DNA of 64,000 nt from Octopus sinensis (lineage: Eukaryota), in contig NC_043001.1 of the NCBI RefSeq assembly GCF_006345805.1, forward strand, positions 83,576,001 to 83,640,000, written 5' to 3'. Of this stretch, positions 25,097 to 37,356 are shown piece after piece; position 1 is the stretch's first letter; every line of letters starts with the position of its first letter. The notes beneath the pieces were generated by a model. The model was not told the DNA's origin and ran no database searches. It worked only from the letters and a program-made list of their open reading frames with translations. Position numbers and translations under genes: made by a program.

Positions 25097-25899
25097 ATTT
25101 ATATATATTATACAAAACATTTCATGTAAACTTGAAGTTTCTACCTTTAAAAACAAGGAGTTACAACCTTTCTACTTGTATGATTTTTTGCCACCCTGGT
25201 AACTATTTATATATTTTTCTGTGTTAATTGTTAACAAGGGAAAAATACACACTTCTATTTATATATACATATGCACACACACACACACATATGACAAGCT
25301 AAAGACAGGCTTCATGCTTTAATTAGGTAGACAATGTAGTCAAGCAAGACTTTGAATCAAATCAAGAGTATTGGACAAGATGCCTTGTGGTATTTCTTCT
25401 GGCTCTTAACATTCCAAATCTGAATCCCACCAGAGTTAAAAATACCTTTCATCCCTTTATGGGTCGACAAAAAAAAGTACCAGCCAAGTACTAGAGTTAA
25501 TGGCACTGACTAAACCCCTCCCCTCAAAATTGTTGGATTGTGCTTCTATTAGAAATAATACACATTCTCATATTCAATTACCCAAACAAGGATAAGTCAA
25601 ATTAAGTCCAGTTGAATTAAGTAAATTAAGTCAGGATTAATAGTTTCATATTTGAAAAACTATGAGGGAAACATCAAAACTCACAACAGGTAATTTCCGT
25701 CAATTAACATTTTATCTGAATATTAGCCTACAGGAAGCTCCAGAGACATAAAACCAGGTGATTAACCTCTATCTATTACAAACCATATCTTGAATATATT
25801 GTTTTTCTGGTACCAACACTCTAAAAAGTTGATGTCTGGCAACTGACTTTCTGGAAGCCTATAAGATTATCCACTATCTTTCAACCAGTTACCTTTTTG

Positions 25900-26090
25900 A
25901 ATTCAATATCTCTACTACCTATTTTCATACTTATAACATCAAAAAACAGTCCAACACCCATGACTTTCAGAAACATTTTTTCATGCTCAGAATCATTTGA
26001 AGTATGGAATAAATTACCAGTGTTGGTTATTTGCTATCAGGACACTATATTTTCAGAATTCCATGCTTCCCATAATTTGCTAACACTACT
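25900..26090 (+). mobile_element. CR1-like LINE ORF2 3' end, decayed
   Basis: FRNIFSCSESFEVWNKLPVL resembles the CR1 terminal motif FRxxFFSxRVVxxWNxLP. Confidence 0.55.
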
Positions 26091-27024
26091 CCTAATATGT
26101 GGAGGCACATGGCCTAGTGGTTAGAGCAGCAGACTCGCGGTTGAGGGATCGCGGGTTCGAAAAGTCCACTCAGGGCGGACTTTTAAGCTAGCTTCTGCGG
26201 TGAGCTAACTGAGCCTGTAGCTTAAAACTAAAGAAAGCTAAATAGCATGACTATAATAAATCTATATTGACTAGATGCCCTGGTGGTGTTTGATCAGAGG
26301 TGAAGGACAGATGAGAATTAATTCTGTAATGCAATTATTCTATTGTTCCAGTGCTGAGTTGAATTCCGACTGTTGGCCAATTTGTTCTAAAGTTCTTATC
26401 TTGAAGTAAAATTAATGAAGTGAATGTTATTTATCTACCCCTTGATCTTTGACATCATCTGACAAATGCCAACCAAGATGGCATGAATCAACCAAGCTTT
26501 ACCTGCTAGAAATAACAACCCAAATGCTTTTAAGTCAGATCCTAATGCTGGATATTCAAGAACCAAATGAGGGGCAGGTTTTCAACCCCAGGATCATCCT
26601 GATTCCAAAAAGGTATAATATGTCTATGTAGAGCAAATATAGACCGAGATACAGGGATCCTAGTTAGACAGGCAGAATTTTGCTTTTATTATTAGCGATA
26701 AAACCAACCAGGAGATAATAGGCTCATTACTGTCACCTATCACCTACCATTATTATTATTTTAACATCAATTTTTCCATGCTACATCAAGTAAATATGGA
26801 ACACATATATCACATCTGCTTAACTTCATTCTTGTGTCATCTCACTAGAGAGGCCTCACATTCTCAGATCTGAGCCCCACATGCCTTCTCAGATATATAT
26901 ATATTTTTTTGCTCTAACATTTGTTAGCCTTATCTTTTAACTCATGGCACGTTTACACCAGGATGCATCATCCCTCCATATTACAAGTCCATAAAAACAC
27001 AGCTGCCTCACAAAAGTAACTCAC

Positions 27025-27106
27025 CCAGTCGGGATTTTTCCGACAATAACAACATTATGTTTCTCACCCAGCTTTAGAAAATGGGAAGTTACTGTACCAA
27101 GGACGA

Positions 27107-27107
<1 letters not shown>
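27025..27107 (-). CDS. SLC26: SLC26 coding exon 6 (VVLGTVTSHFLKLGEKHNVVIVGKIPT-G; 83 nt)
   Basis: Acceptor (ATT)13-CAG, donor GG|GTGAGT. Phase 2 joins exon 7 as GG|T. Confidence 0.92.
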
Positions 27108-27149
<42 letters not shown>

Positions 27150-27156
<7 letters not shown>

Positions 27157-27364
27157 TATTCAGACAAACACATAACAAAAACATCAGGACTTACAAACAC
27201 ATATAACATACAGAAAATTGCACTACTAGGCACTGCACACATCCTATGCAGAACACTTTCAATATAGTAACCATCAGAGCATCACAACAAACCACAGCAC
27301 ATACCCAAGGCACACAGAGCTGCGCTCGGTAGTGAAGTAAAAGCATGCTATAAAAATAAAACTA

Positions 27365-27412
<48 letters not shown>
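27150..27412 (+). mobile_element. 5'-truncated R4/Dong-like non-LTR element in an (AAT)n microsatellite
   Basis: Encodes NIQKIALLGTAHILCRTLSI* (stop 27265-67), matching the QKxALLGTAxILR C-terminus of R4/Dong REL-endonuclease ORFs. Flanked by (AAT)13 and (AAT)15. Confidence 0.78.
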
Positions 27413-27419
<7 letters not shown>

Positions 27420-27984
27420 GAGATTTAAACACATCTTTAAGGTCTCTTGTTTTAAGTCACATTTAATCAAAATGCATTACAAACAGAAAATTGCTTACAA
27501 CCAAAGTGACAATATTGCTTTCATCAGCTTTCTTACATTCAGAGGAAAGATAAGAGAAGGATCTAGAATATCAGATTCTTCACTCCTCCCAGGAAACTGA
27601 ACTCACCAAATTTCTTTGCAAACACTCTTTCTAGTTTAGTTTAAATTTCACAAGTGCGTGTGTGTAATATAAGCACATCAGCCTATATAATATATGTGTG
27701 TGTGTGTGTGTATACATACACACACACACACAGAAATATACCTTATCACCTTCATCATCATACATACTCACATAAATATATATATATTCAGCAGTATCAC
27801 TGGCAAGCAGTGTTTAGGTGCAATATGTTGCATACATATTTTAATTAACCTAAAGTTCATGTAATGTAATTTTTCCTTAGTCGAAAGACACCTGTTGTTA
27901 TGTCCTGTTATTTGCATTTGTATTGGCAACACCCATGCTCAAATGGTGTTTTATATATATATATATATATATATTTATATACAG

Positions 27985-28292
27985 AGTAAAGACCTTCAGT
28001 CATAAATGACCATGGGACTGCACCTAGAATGTTCCCCTACGAGGTACAATTCCAAGCAAGGTTGTTTATGGAAGACCAACAGTCGCCCATGCATACCAGT
28101 GATGTTATCCAAAGGCCGATACAGCTTAATACCAGTGACATCGCAACTCATTTCTACAGCTAAGTGAACTGGAGCAACGCGAAATAAAGTGTCTTGCTCA
28201 TGAACACAATACACAGCCCGGTCTGGGAATTAAACTCATTCCCTCATGATTGTCAGGCTGACACTCTAACCACTGAACCACGCACCTTCACA
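27985..28292 (-). mobile_element. SINE family S5 (GTGAAGGCGCGTGGCTCAGTGGTTAGAGTG tRNA-like head)
   Basis: Representative copy. Related copies are at about 28760-29020(-), 31143-31420(+), 31570-31910(-) and 36725-36935(-). Confidence 0.7.
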
Positions 28293-28300
28293 TAAATATA

Positions 28301-28668
28301 TCTCTATATATATAAACGGCAAAATGTCTGTCTGTGTGTGTGTCCTTTATACAAATCCACAATTTTTCAGTTAGAGGGCTCGCACTTTCTATGGTCAATC
28401 AAAACCGTCCAAGGGTGGTCGTGCACATCTTTACGTTTCTCCAGTCACCCCGCAAAGCCAATAAAAAATCAATAGAAGTGACTATTTTGTGAATTTTCTA
28501 TCCAAAACCCAATCAAAATGCCTGAAACTTGATACGCCAATTGAATGCCAGCTATCTGTGTGTGATTGGGCGGAGATTTGGACAGTACTCGCGTGTATGT
28601 GCGCACGCACACAGTTGTATATGCATGCACTAGCACTATGACCTGGTGTTGCCGGGTCATAGTACTAG
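28301..28668 (+). mobile_element. Complete non-autonomous Helitron (368 bp)
   Basis: A|TC start (TCTCTATATATATAAACGGCAAAATGTCTGTCTG); 12-bp subterminal hairpin ACTATGACCTGG/CCGGGTCATAGT (28635-63); CTAG|T end. Confidence 0.85.
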
Positions 28669-29131
28669 TATGTATATATATATATTATATATATAAATAT
28701 ATATATATATGTAAATGTATGTGTATGTATATATCATGTGATCAACCAGATGATCAGATGTTACTATACATTGCTGGTCACAATGTTCATTTGCATTATT
28801 TTGGCTTTCAAATGTCACCCAACTGACTAGGTGAGCAGGCCAAGATTTCCCCCTGATAGGAAGGTTATTCCGACAGAGGCGTTACCTATTTACAGCTGAG
28901 TGGACTGGAGCAAACTGAAATGAAGTGTTGTACTCAAGAACACAACATGTCACCCTGACTGGAAATCGAACCCACAATCTAGCAACTGTGAGTGCAACAC
29001 TCTAACCACTAAGCCATACCTGTATAAACATAAACACACATATATACACAGAAGATATACAGATGCACAAAGCTGTTGCTGTGATAGTATTTACTGGTAT
29101 CTGGATCCAGATTGGGTTAAGATCTACTTAC

Positions 29132-29293
29132 CATAATTAATTCTATTGGAACTGGCATTTTCAACTTTGGTTTGATCTTGGGGTTGTTGTTGATGTGTTC
29201 TTTAACGACAGCCAAAATGAAGATGGCTGATGCTGACACTCCAAGAGTAACGAGGTTAGTTTCGGGGATGTTACTAAAGAAATCTCGGTAAGA
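29132..29293 (-). CDS. SLC26: SLC26 coding exon 5 (SYRDFFSNIP...MPVPIELIM; 162 nt)
   Basis: Acceptor gattatcAG, donor GTAAGT. Motif PVPIEL. Confidence 0.93.
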
Positions 29294-29699
29294 CTGATAA
29301 TCCAAAAAGCAAGATGAAAAGAGAAAAAGAAAAGAAAAACAAGAACGCAGATTAGAATTGGAAAGTGCCATATTTTCTGGCATACAAGTTGAATCTTTTA
29401 AACCATAATTTACTGCCAAAATCGGTAAATCAATTCATGTACTTTGGAGGATGAAAAATTCTATGTGAAATACAACAGGATTAGGAAAAATAGTTACGAC
29501 ATTTAAAAGTTTACATTGTGTTTACACTACATACTACATTGACCTGTATGCTGGAAAATACAGTATATATATACATATATATATATATAAATATATTTAT
29601 ATATATAAATATATTTATATATATAAATATATATAAATATATTTATATATATATATGTATATATATGTATGTATGTGTATATATGTAACTACATGTGGA

Positions 29700-29890
29700 T
29701 TGCTGGCGATTTGTTTCCTCTGTCTTCTTTTTCTTTTGGACTTTTTTGTCTCCTGTTTCTAAAGAAGAGCTTGGCTCGAAACTTAAAACACCCTTTCTTT
29801 CCTTCTCTGAGCTTCTTATTAATACTTTGCATGTACCACGTCCTTGTATTGTTGTTTTTTCCTTGTTGTGTTTACTTCCTCCTTCTTTTT

Positions 29891-29900
<10 letters not shown>
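29700..29900 (+). mobile_element. Short (TA)n-associated element with degenerate hammerhead-like motif
   Basis: GTTT-CTAAAGA-A-GAGC ttg GCTC-GAAA-CTTA-AAAC at 29755-89. Confidence 0.6.
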
Positions 29901-29950
<50 letters not shown>

Positions 29951-29960
29951 TATATATATA

Positions 29961-30130
29961 GGGAGAATTCACACAAAAAACAAAAGATGAAGACAGGTGG
30001 TGTAGACAACAAACAGATGTATTAGTATAACGCTTGGGAAGTGAAAAAGTCTTTAATGTTTCGAGCCTACACTCTTCAACAGAAAGGAACACAGAAAGAG
30101 ACAAGAAGAGAAAATAAAGAATGTGTAGTG
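29961..30130 (-). mobile_element. Short (TA)n-associated element with hammerhead-like motif (second family; another copy at about 39610-39792 +)
   Basis: Minus strand CTTT-CTGTTGA-A-GAGT gtag GCTC-GAAA-CATT-AAAG at 30086-30051. Homologous to 39668-39703. Confidence 0.6.
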
Positions 30131-32903
30131 GCTAGTGATCTATCATGGTGAAAAAATATATATATATATATATAATTAAATTAAGCAACAAGGATATCCA
30201 AGGTAGTGTAATACAATCCTTGTTGCTTATTTTGATTATAATCACCCCATTTGATTTATATGGATAATACCATACCAAATTCTGGTGCCTTTAAATTAAG
30301 CACCATATTCATCTGAATCTAAATTTTGCTGAACTTATATATATATATTTGAAATGTACAGCTCCATGATGGTAAGATCAATAAAAAAAGAACTTCATCT
30401 GGTGAGAGATAAATATTATTTAATAAACACATTACATGTTTTACTATGCTATTAATAGTTTCATATGCTGAGAAATACTTGAAACATATTCATCAGGCAG
30501 AAAGTACATATCGTAATGAACTAAAAATTGAATGAGAGAAGAAATGTGAAAAGTTGAGAAGGAAGCATATAGAAAATGTGGAAGGTTAAAAATACACACA
30601 CACATATGATGGGCTTCCATACAATTTCCAGTTAACAAATTCACTAACAAGGCAATGGCCAATCTGGGGCTATAGTATAGGACACTTGTCAAAGGGGCTG
30701 CACAATGGGATTGAACTTGAAGCAGCATAATTGCAAAGTGAGCTTCTTTACAACACAACTACGTCTGCACCTAGTTTCAGATAATATGTGTATGTGTTAG
30801 TGTGCATGTCTGTGTTAATGAGTATGTGCATGTGTGTGAGTACATATGCCTGTGGATGTGTGTGAGTACGTATAACTGTGGATGTGGATGTGTTTGTGTG
30901 TCTGTTTTAATACTTGTATATCAGTGTGTACGTGTGTATATTAATATATGTTTTACTGCTTGTGTGTGAGAGTGTGTTAGTACATAAGTCTGTGTTAGTG
31001 TATGTATGCGTGTACAAGTGTATGTGTGTACAAGTGTGTGTGTGTGTGTGTGTGTGTTAATGTTACCTGGGTGTGCTTTAATGTTAGTGTATATGAGTTA
31101 GTGTTGCTGTGGGTGAAAGTGCATTTATGTGTGTATGAGTGGTGTGAAGGCATGTGGCTTAGCGGTTACAATCGTAAGGTCACGAGTTCAATTCCCTGTG
31201 GTACATTGCATCCTTGAGCAAGACACTCTACATCATGTTGCTCCAGTTCACTCAGCTGGCAAAAGGAAGTTGTACCTGTAAATTTCAAGAGCCAGCCTTG
31301 TCACTTTCTGTGTCACACTGAATCTTCCTGAGAACTACATTAAGGGTATGCATGTCTGTGGAGTGCTCAACCATGAGCAGGCTGTCTATTGGTTGGATGA
31401 ACTGGAACTTTTGCCATTGAAACCGACAGTGAACCAGTATGAGTGAACATGTTTTACTATCTTAGTGTATACACACACTAACATTATGCAGGACACTGCT
31501 GGTGAAGCAGGGTTGAAATATCCAATGATCTCCTTGTCTGGAAACTCATGTATGGATATACAGGTACCTGAGACCCCCGTCGGTCATGACACAGACCATG
31601 GGATTGCACCTAGAAAGTTACCCTCCCAGGCACAAGTCCGGGTAAGGTTGTTTTATGGAAGACCAGCAGTCACCCATGCATACCGGCCTCCCCTCTCCAC
31701 GCCACCAGTGTTATCCAAAGGAAAGGTAAAGGCCGATACAGCTTGGCATCTGTGATGTCGCAATTCATTTCTACAGCTGAGTGAACTGGAGAAACGTGAA
31801 ATAAAGTGTCTTGCTCAAGAGCACAACATGCAACCCGGTCCGGGATTCAAACTCACAACCTCACGATCATAACCTCGACACTCTAACCACTGAACCGTGC
31901 GCCTTCACAGGTACCAGAGGACATAGAAGTACATATATCAATCAACTTGTGTAAGATATAGGATGTCAGATTGAGCATATGATGATTACTATGGGAGAAC
32001 AGGACATCTCACATGGGAGAGTTGCAATGGTCTAGGCAAGTTTCCCAATCAGATGGATAGACAGATAAATAGATAATGCATATGTGTGTGTGTGTGTGCG
32101 TCTGATAGGCATAAATAACAAAGTAACAGAATTAATTTTTTTTTTTGTTTTTGGTGAGTAAGAGTTATTTCCTATTTGCTTCTGTCTAGAAATCAAAGGA
32201 AATGACTATTATTCCCTTCAAACTTTGCTTTTGTGAGCTGGACATCCACGTTTTAAAACTGACCTATTTTCCATTACATTTCAGAGATTCAGCACTGAGT
32301 TACTGAAGCAGAAATATCATTATCAATACCACAGATTTGTTTGTCAGTTGCTGGCTTGACCTTAACCACTTGATCATGTCCCTTAGTGACTGACAACATG
32401 AGCATTTCTGATGACGAGTAGGAGTAGCGGGTGAGCATCATAGCCATGAGACGAGAGGGATTCTTTGGGGTTTGAATAAATATCATAAACAGAAGCAGAG
32501 TTTGAAGAAAATATTAGCCATTTGTCATACTTTCTAGGGATAAGTAAATAAAAAATAAAAGTTGTTGCTCAAGGACAAAAATCATATTACACTGTGTAAT
32601 AAAAGACTGTGACCAGTATTAACAAGGAAGAGTCAACATGAAGATACAAACATATAATATTTATTATAAAGATTTATACACATAGATTTAAATTAGATAT
32701 CATGTGGGTAGAACATATATCCTTTTCTACTCTAGGCACAAGGCCTGAAATTTTTGGGAAGGGTGTCCCGTCGATTAGATCAACCCCAGTATGCAACTGG
32801 TACTTAATTCATTGACCCCGAAAGGATGAAAGGCAAAGTCAACCTCAGTGGAATTTGAACTCAGAACAAGAATATATATCGTAAATATAATGTTATCACT
32901 TAC

Positions 32904-33068
32904 ATATATCAACTTCAATGGACCACTGTATCGACCCATCTTCACTCCAAACACGTGTTTGACCTGACTGGTAAATACATGGCAAGCAGCACCAGTGGTG
33001 AAGCCGCTCACTAATGGATCAGATAAAAATGTCGTCACAAATCCCAGATGGAGAACACCCATCAAGAA
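32904..33068 (-). CDS. SLC26: SLC26 coding exon 4 (FLMGVLHLGF...GPLKLIY; 165 nt)
   Basis: Acceptor tatttccAG, donor GTAAGT. Motif FLSDPLVSGFTTGAA. Confidence 0.95.
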
Positions 33069-34296
33069 CTGGAAATACAAAAATACAATATATATAAATA
33101 TATATGTTTGTTTGTGTGTGTGTGTGTGTGTTTTAATGTCTGGTACTTATTCTAATCAGTCTCTTTTGCTGATGTGCTAAGTTATAGGGGGATGCAAACG
33201 TATGAACACAGGCCATGAAGCCTTGTAGGGGAACATATACAATCACAAAAGCAAATGTGTACCTGCACATACACGCATTTTTTTGTGTGCTTCAGTCATT
33301 AGACTGTGGTCATGCTGGGGCACTGCTTTGAAAAATTTGAGTCAAATGAACTGTGTCCAGTAGTTATTATTCTTTTGTAAAGACTGGTACTTATTCTCTC
33401 AGTCTCTTTTGCCAAACTGCTAAGTTATGGTAACGTAAACACACTAACACTAGCTGTCAAGCAGTGGTGGGGGACAAACACATACACAAAGGCAAACACA
33501 CACACACATAAGGTGTAAGGAACCACTCCTTTGTACATTATAGTAGCAAAGGAAAAAAACTTATGGTATTGATTTTAAATGTCTTTTAATCATCATCATC
33601 ATTGTTGTCATTTAATGTCCACTTTCCATGCTGACATGGGTTGGATGGTTTGACTGAGGACTGGCAAGTCAGAATGCTATACCTCTTTTTGACAGAAGCA
33701 GCTGTCTGGAAGTATTGAAGAATGAATTAATAAATCCATAATTAACAAAAAAATCTGCTTCGGTTCATATTATTTGATGTAAATGCATTAAACATCGTTT
33801 CATGAATTATCTCTTATAATGATATTTTTGCTTATACATACATACATTATACACACACACATAAATATGACAGGCTTCTTTCAGTTTCTATCTACCAAAT
33901 CCACTCACAAGGCTTTGGTCAGCCTGAGGCTATAGTAGACGACACTTGCCCAAGGTGCCATGCAGCAGAACTGAACCTGGGACCTTGTGGTTGGGAAGTA
34001 AACGTCTTACCACACTGTCATGCTTGTGCTTATGTATTTTCATATATATACATACATATACACATACACACACACACACACGATGGGCTTCCTCACAGTT
34101 TCTGTCAACCAAATTCACTCAGAAGGCATTGGTCATCCTGGGGCCATAGTAGAAGACACTTGTCAAAGGTGCTGCACAGTGGGACTGAACTTGAAACAGC
34201 ATGATTGCAAAGTAAACTTCTTTGCCACACAACTATGCTTGCAGCTGTCTTTATTTGGTCTTTAACATATTCGGTCCAATAAAATGGTTGCTATAC

Positions 34297-34565
34297 CTGG
34301 ATACATCCAACAAGGAAGGTCACTGCCATGGCTATTCCTAATTTCACTGGATCAGTCACATCAGTTTCTTCTTCAATGATGCTTTGGGTAACTGAGTTAT
34401 TCCCACTGACGGTCTGTGTGTAGGCATCTGTAGTGTATTCAGTAATGCTGGAAGTGGAAGGTGTGAGGTTTGCTGCTCGTGTTGTTATGCCCTCTGCACT
34501 GGCTAGCTTGCTGTAATTTTTGTCGACTGCTGCACCAACCATTAAACATACAACAGCAAATGTTC
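34297..34565 (-). CDS. SLC26: SLC26 coding exon 3 (G-TFAVVCLMVG...AVTFLVGCIQ; 269 nt)
   Basis: Acceptor gattgtAG, donor CAG|GTATAG. Encodes TM3, a long S/T-rich extracellular loop and TM4. Confidence 0.93.
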
Positions 34566-34984
34566 CTACAATCATTACAAAACAAATAAATAAATAAATA
34601 AAATAAAATAAACATTAATTAATATTAAAAGTAAGCATAAGGCACTGAGCTAGCAGAATCATTAACACACTTAGTGGTATTTCATCTGTCCTTACATTTC
34701 TGAGTTCAAATTCTGCTGAGGTCCGCTTTGTCTTTCTTCTTTAAGAGGTTGATAGAATAAGTACCAGCTCAGCACTACAAAACTGCTGGCCTTGTGCCAA
34801 ACATTGAAATCAATATTAAAACTAAGTATGTCTTTCAATACAAGCAGCTTATCATCATCATGATCATTTCTGTTACTTACTAGCACTGTCGGCTATGACC
34901 TGAGGTTTAACAACAACTCCCCCACCAGGCACACATACACATATGAAGACATGCACATGCTCGTATGTCCAGATACATATATGC

Positions 34985-35572
34985 ATCATCATCATTGTCG
35001 TTTAATGTCCGCTTTCCATGCTAGCATGGGTTGGACGATTTGACTGAGGACTGGCGAACCAGATGGCTGCACCAGGCTCCAATCTTGGTTTGGCAGAGTT
35101 TCTACAGCTGGATGTCCTTCCTAACGCCAACCACTCTGAGAATGTAGTAGGTGCTTTTACATGCCATCGGCACAGGGGCCAGTCAGGCGGTATTGGCAGC
35201 GGTCATGGAAAATCATGTTTTTTTTATGTGTCACCTGCACACCAGCACAAGTGCCAGTAAGGTGACGCTGGTAACGATCATTCTCAAATGGTGCTTTTTA
35301 CATGCCACTGGCATGAACGCCAGTTAGCTGCTCTGGCAACGATCACGCTCGGATGGTGCTCTTAGTGCTCCAGTAGCACGGATGCCAGTCATCGAATTTG
35401 ATTTCAATACTGATTTCACTTGCCTCAACAGGTCTTCACAAGCAGTGTCCAATGAAGGAAAGGTACGCATAAGTGGGATGGTACACCTCTGGCTTAGGCC
35501 ACAAGGTTATGGTCTCACTTGGCTTGTTGGGTCTTCTCAAGCCCAGCATATTTCCAAAATTCTCGGTCATGT
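34985..35572 (-). mobile_element. RTE LINE 3' end/3'UTR, 76 bp from the exon 2 donor
   Basis: ATGACCGAGAATTTTGGAAATATGCTGGGCTTGAGAAGACCC (RTE ORF2 terminus-like) followed by the S3 tail. Confidence 0.65.
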
Positions 35573-35647
35573 ATGCATTAAACAACAAAAGAGGGAAAAA
35601 ACACTTAGAAGAGTGTTACAAAAAAAAAATACAAAACATATACCTAC

Positions 35648-35758
35648 CAATAGAGACATGTCGCGAGGATCCAAAGAAGAAATATATCAAAACTGGGAAA
35701 AACGAAACGTATAAGCCATGTATTGGTGGGAGCTGTGTAAGGAGTCCATAGGCCATTC
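35648..35758 (-). CDS. SLC26: SLC26 coding exon 2 (G-MAYGLLTQLPPIHGLYVSFFPVLIYFFFGSSRHVSI-G; 111 nt)
   Basis: Not in the ORF track; read by hand. Acceptor ctttatctgcAG, donor GTAGGT. Carries the sulfate-transporter signature and has the same 111-nt size as the homologous vertebrate SLC26A4 exon. Confidence 0.95.
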
Positions 35759-37127
35759 CTGCAGATAAAGATAACAAAAAGAGAAAAATATAAATATAGT
35801 TATTTAATTTATATTTTTTTTTGCTGATTTATGTAACTTTTATTTTCAGGTTAATTATTTTTTTAATGCATGTCATTTTGACTCTGAACCATCCATTATA
35901 TAGTTTATTTGCCAGGTTATACATAAGCCATAAATATGTTCTATTCTGCTTTTTTTTTTTTCTTGCTTAACCCTTTAGCATTGAAACAGTCCAGATCTGG
36001 CCTCTTACACATATACTACAATGTCGTTCTAAAAATAAACAATTGCTTCATCAAAATCTAAAAGCTACAAGGTAATGCATCATTAAATTAAAACAAGGGG
36101 AATAAATAAGTATCACATATCATCATCATCATCGTTTAATGTCCGCTTTCCATGCTAGCATGGGTTGGACAATTTGACTGAGGTCTGGCGAACCAGATGG
36201 TTGCACCAAATTCCAATCTGATCTAGCAGAGTTTCTACAGCTGGATGCCCTTCCTAACACCAACAACTCTGAGAGTGTAGTGGGTGCGTTTACATGCCAT
36301 CGGCATGAGGGCCAGTCAGACGGTACTGGCAACAGCCATGCTGAAATGGTGCTTTTTATGTGCCACCTGCACAGGAGCCAGTCCAGCGGCACTTGCAACG
36401 ACCTCGCTCGAATGTTTTTTTCACGTGCCACCAGTACAAGTGCCAGTAAGGCGATGCAGGTAACGATCATGCTCAAATGGTGCTTTTACATGCCATCGTC
36501 ACGGAAGCCAGCTTGTTGCTCTGTGATCACACTCGTATGGTACCCTTATGAAAGCTAGAGTTATGCTTAAGTCCTTTGTCTATTGGACATAACATTGGAC
36601 AATTGTCTTGCTGATGATTGCTATTGGGCCAGAAACACGTGTCCATGACTGTCCTCTTATCTCCTAACAATAAACTTGTCCTTTTCCTTAACTCTTTAGC
36701 ATTCAGATTACCCTGTCAAAGTTTATCGGCACTCCATCAGTTAAAACAAGGGTTCCAGTTGATCCGATCAACAGAAAAGCCTGCTTGTGAAATAAATATG
36801 CAAGTGGCTGAGTACTCCATAGACACAGGTAACCTTAACGTAGTCTTCAAGGACATTCAGCATGACAGAGTGAGACAAGACTGGCCCTTTTATAATACAG
36901 GTACTACTCATTTTTGCCAGCTGAGTGGACTGTTGAATTTGATACTTATTTATTCATATTGCTTTGAATTAATCATACATTATCATGTACCTTTGATATT
37001 GCAATGTTGTTATAGAATATTTTCAGAATGACGTTGTACAGTAGGTGCAAAAGGCCAGATTCAGACAGTTTGAACATTAAACAGGTAGAATATCTGAACT
37101 GGATATGGCTGCTTTAAATGCTAAAGG

Positions 37128-37356
37128 ATTAACCCTTTCATTATCAACCCGACTGAAACTGGCTCTGGCTCAGTAGTACAAATGTCCTGTTTTCATAAGT
37201 TTTGAATTAAAATCTTCCACCAAACCTTAGTCACAATTTATGTTCCTAACACTAGCTTAATGATAACTAAGTTATTTTACTAAATTCTTTGTTATATTTA
37301 AAATAATTGAAAGAAATATAGAGCATCTCAAAATAAATATGGTAACGAAAGGGTTT
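37128..37356. mobile_element. Second TTAA-type MITE sharing its TTAA with the adjacent MITE 36628-37131
   Basis: TTAACCCTTTCATTATC ... GGTAACGAAAGGGTT; abuts TAAATGCTAAAGGATTAA. Confidence 0.65.

Noticed and set aside
26160-26232. Twister or hammerhead type III ribozyme
   Set aside because: Nested hairpins are present but the conserved core nucleotides (GAAA strand, twister pseudoknots) could not be matched.
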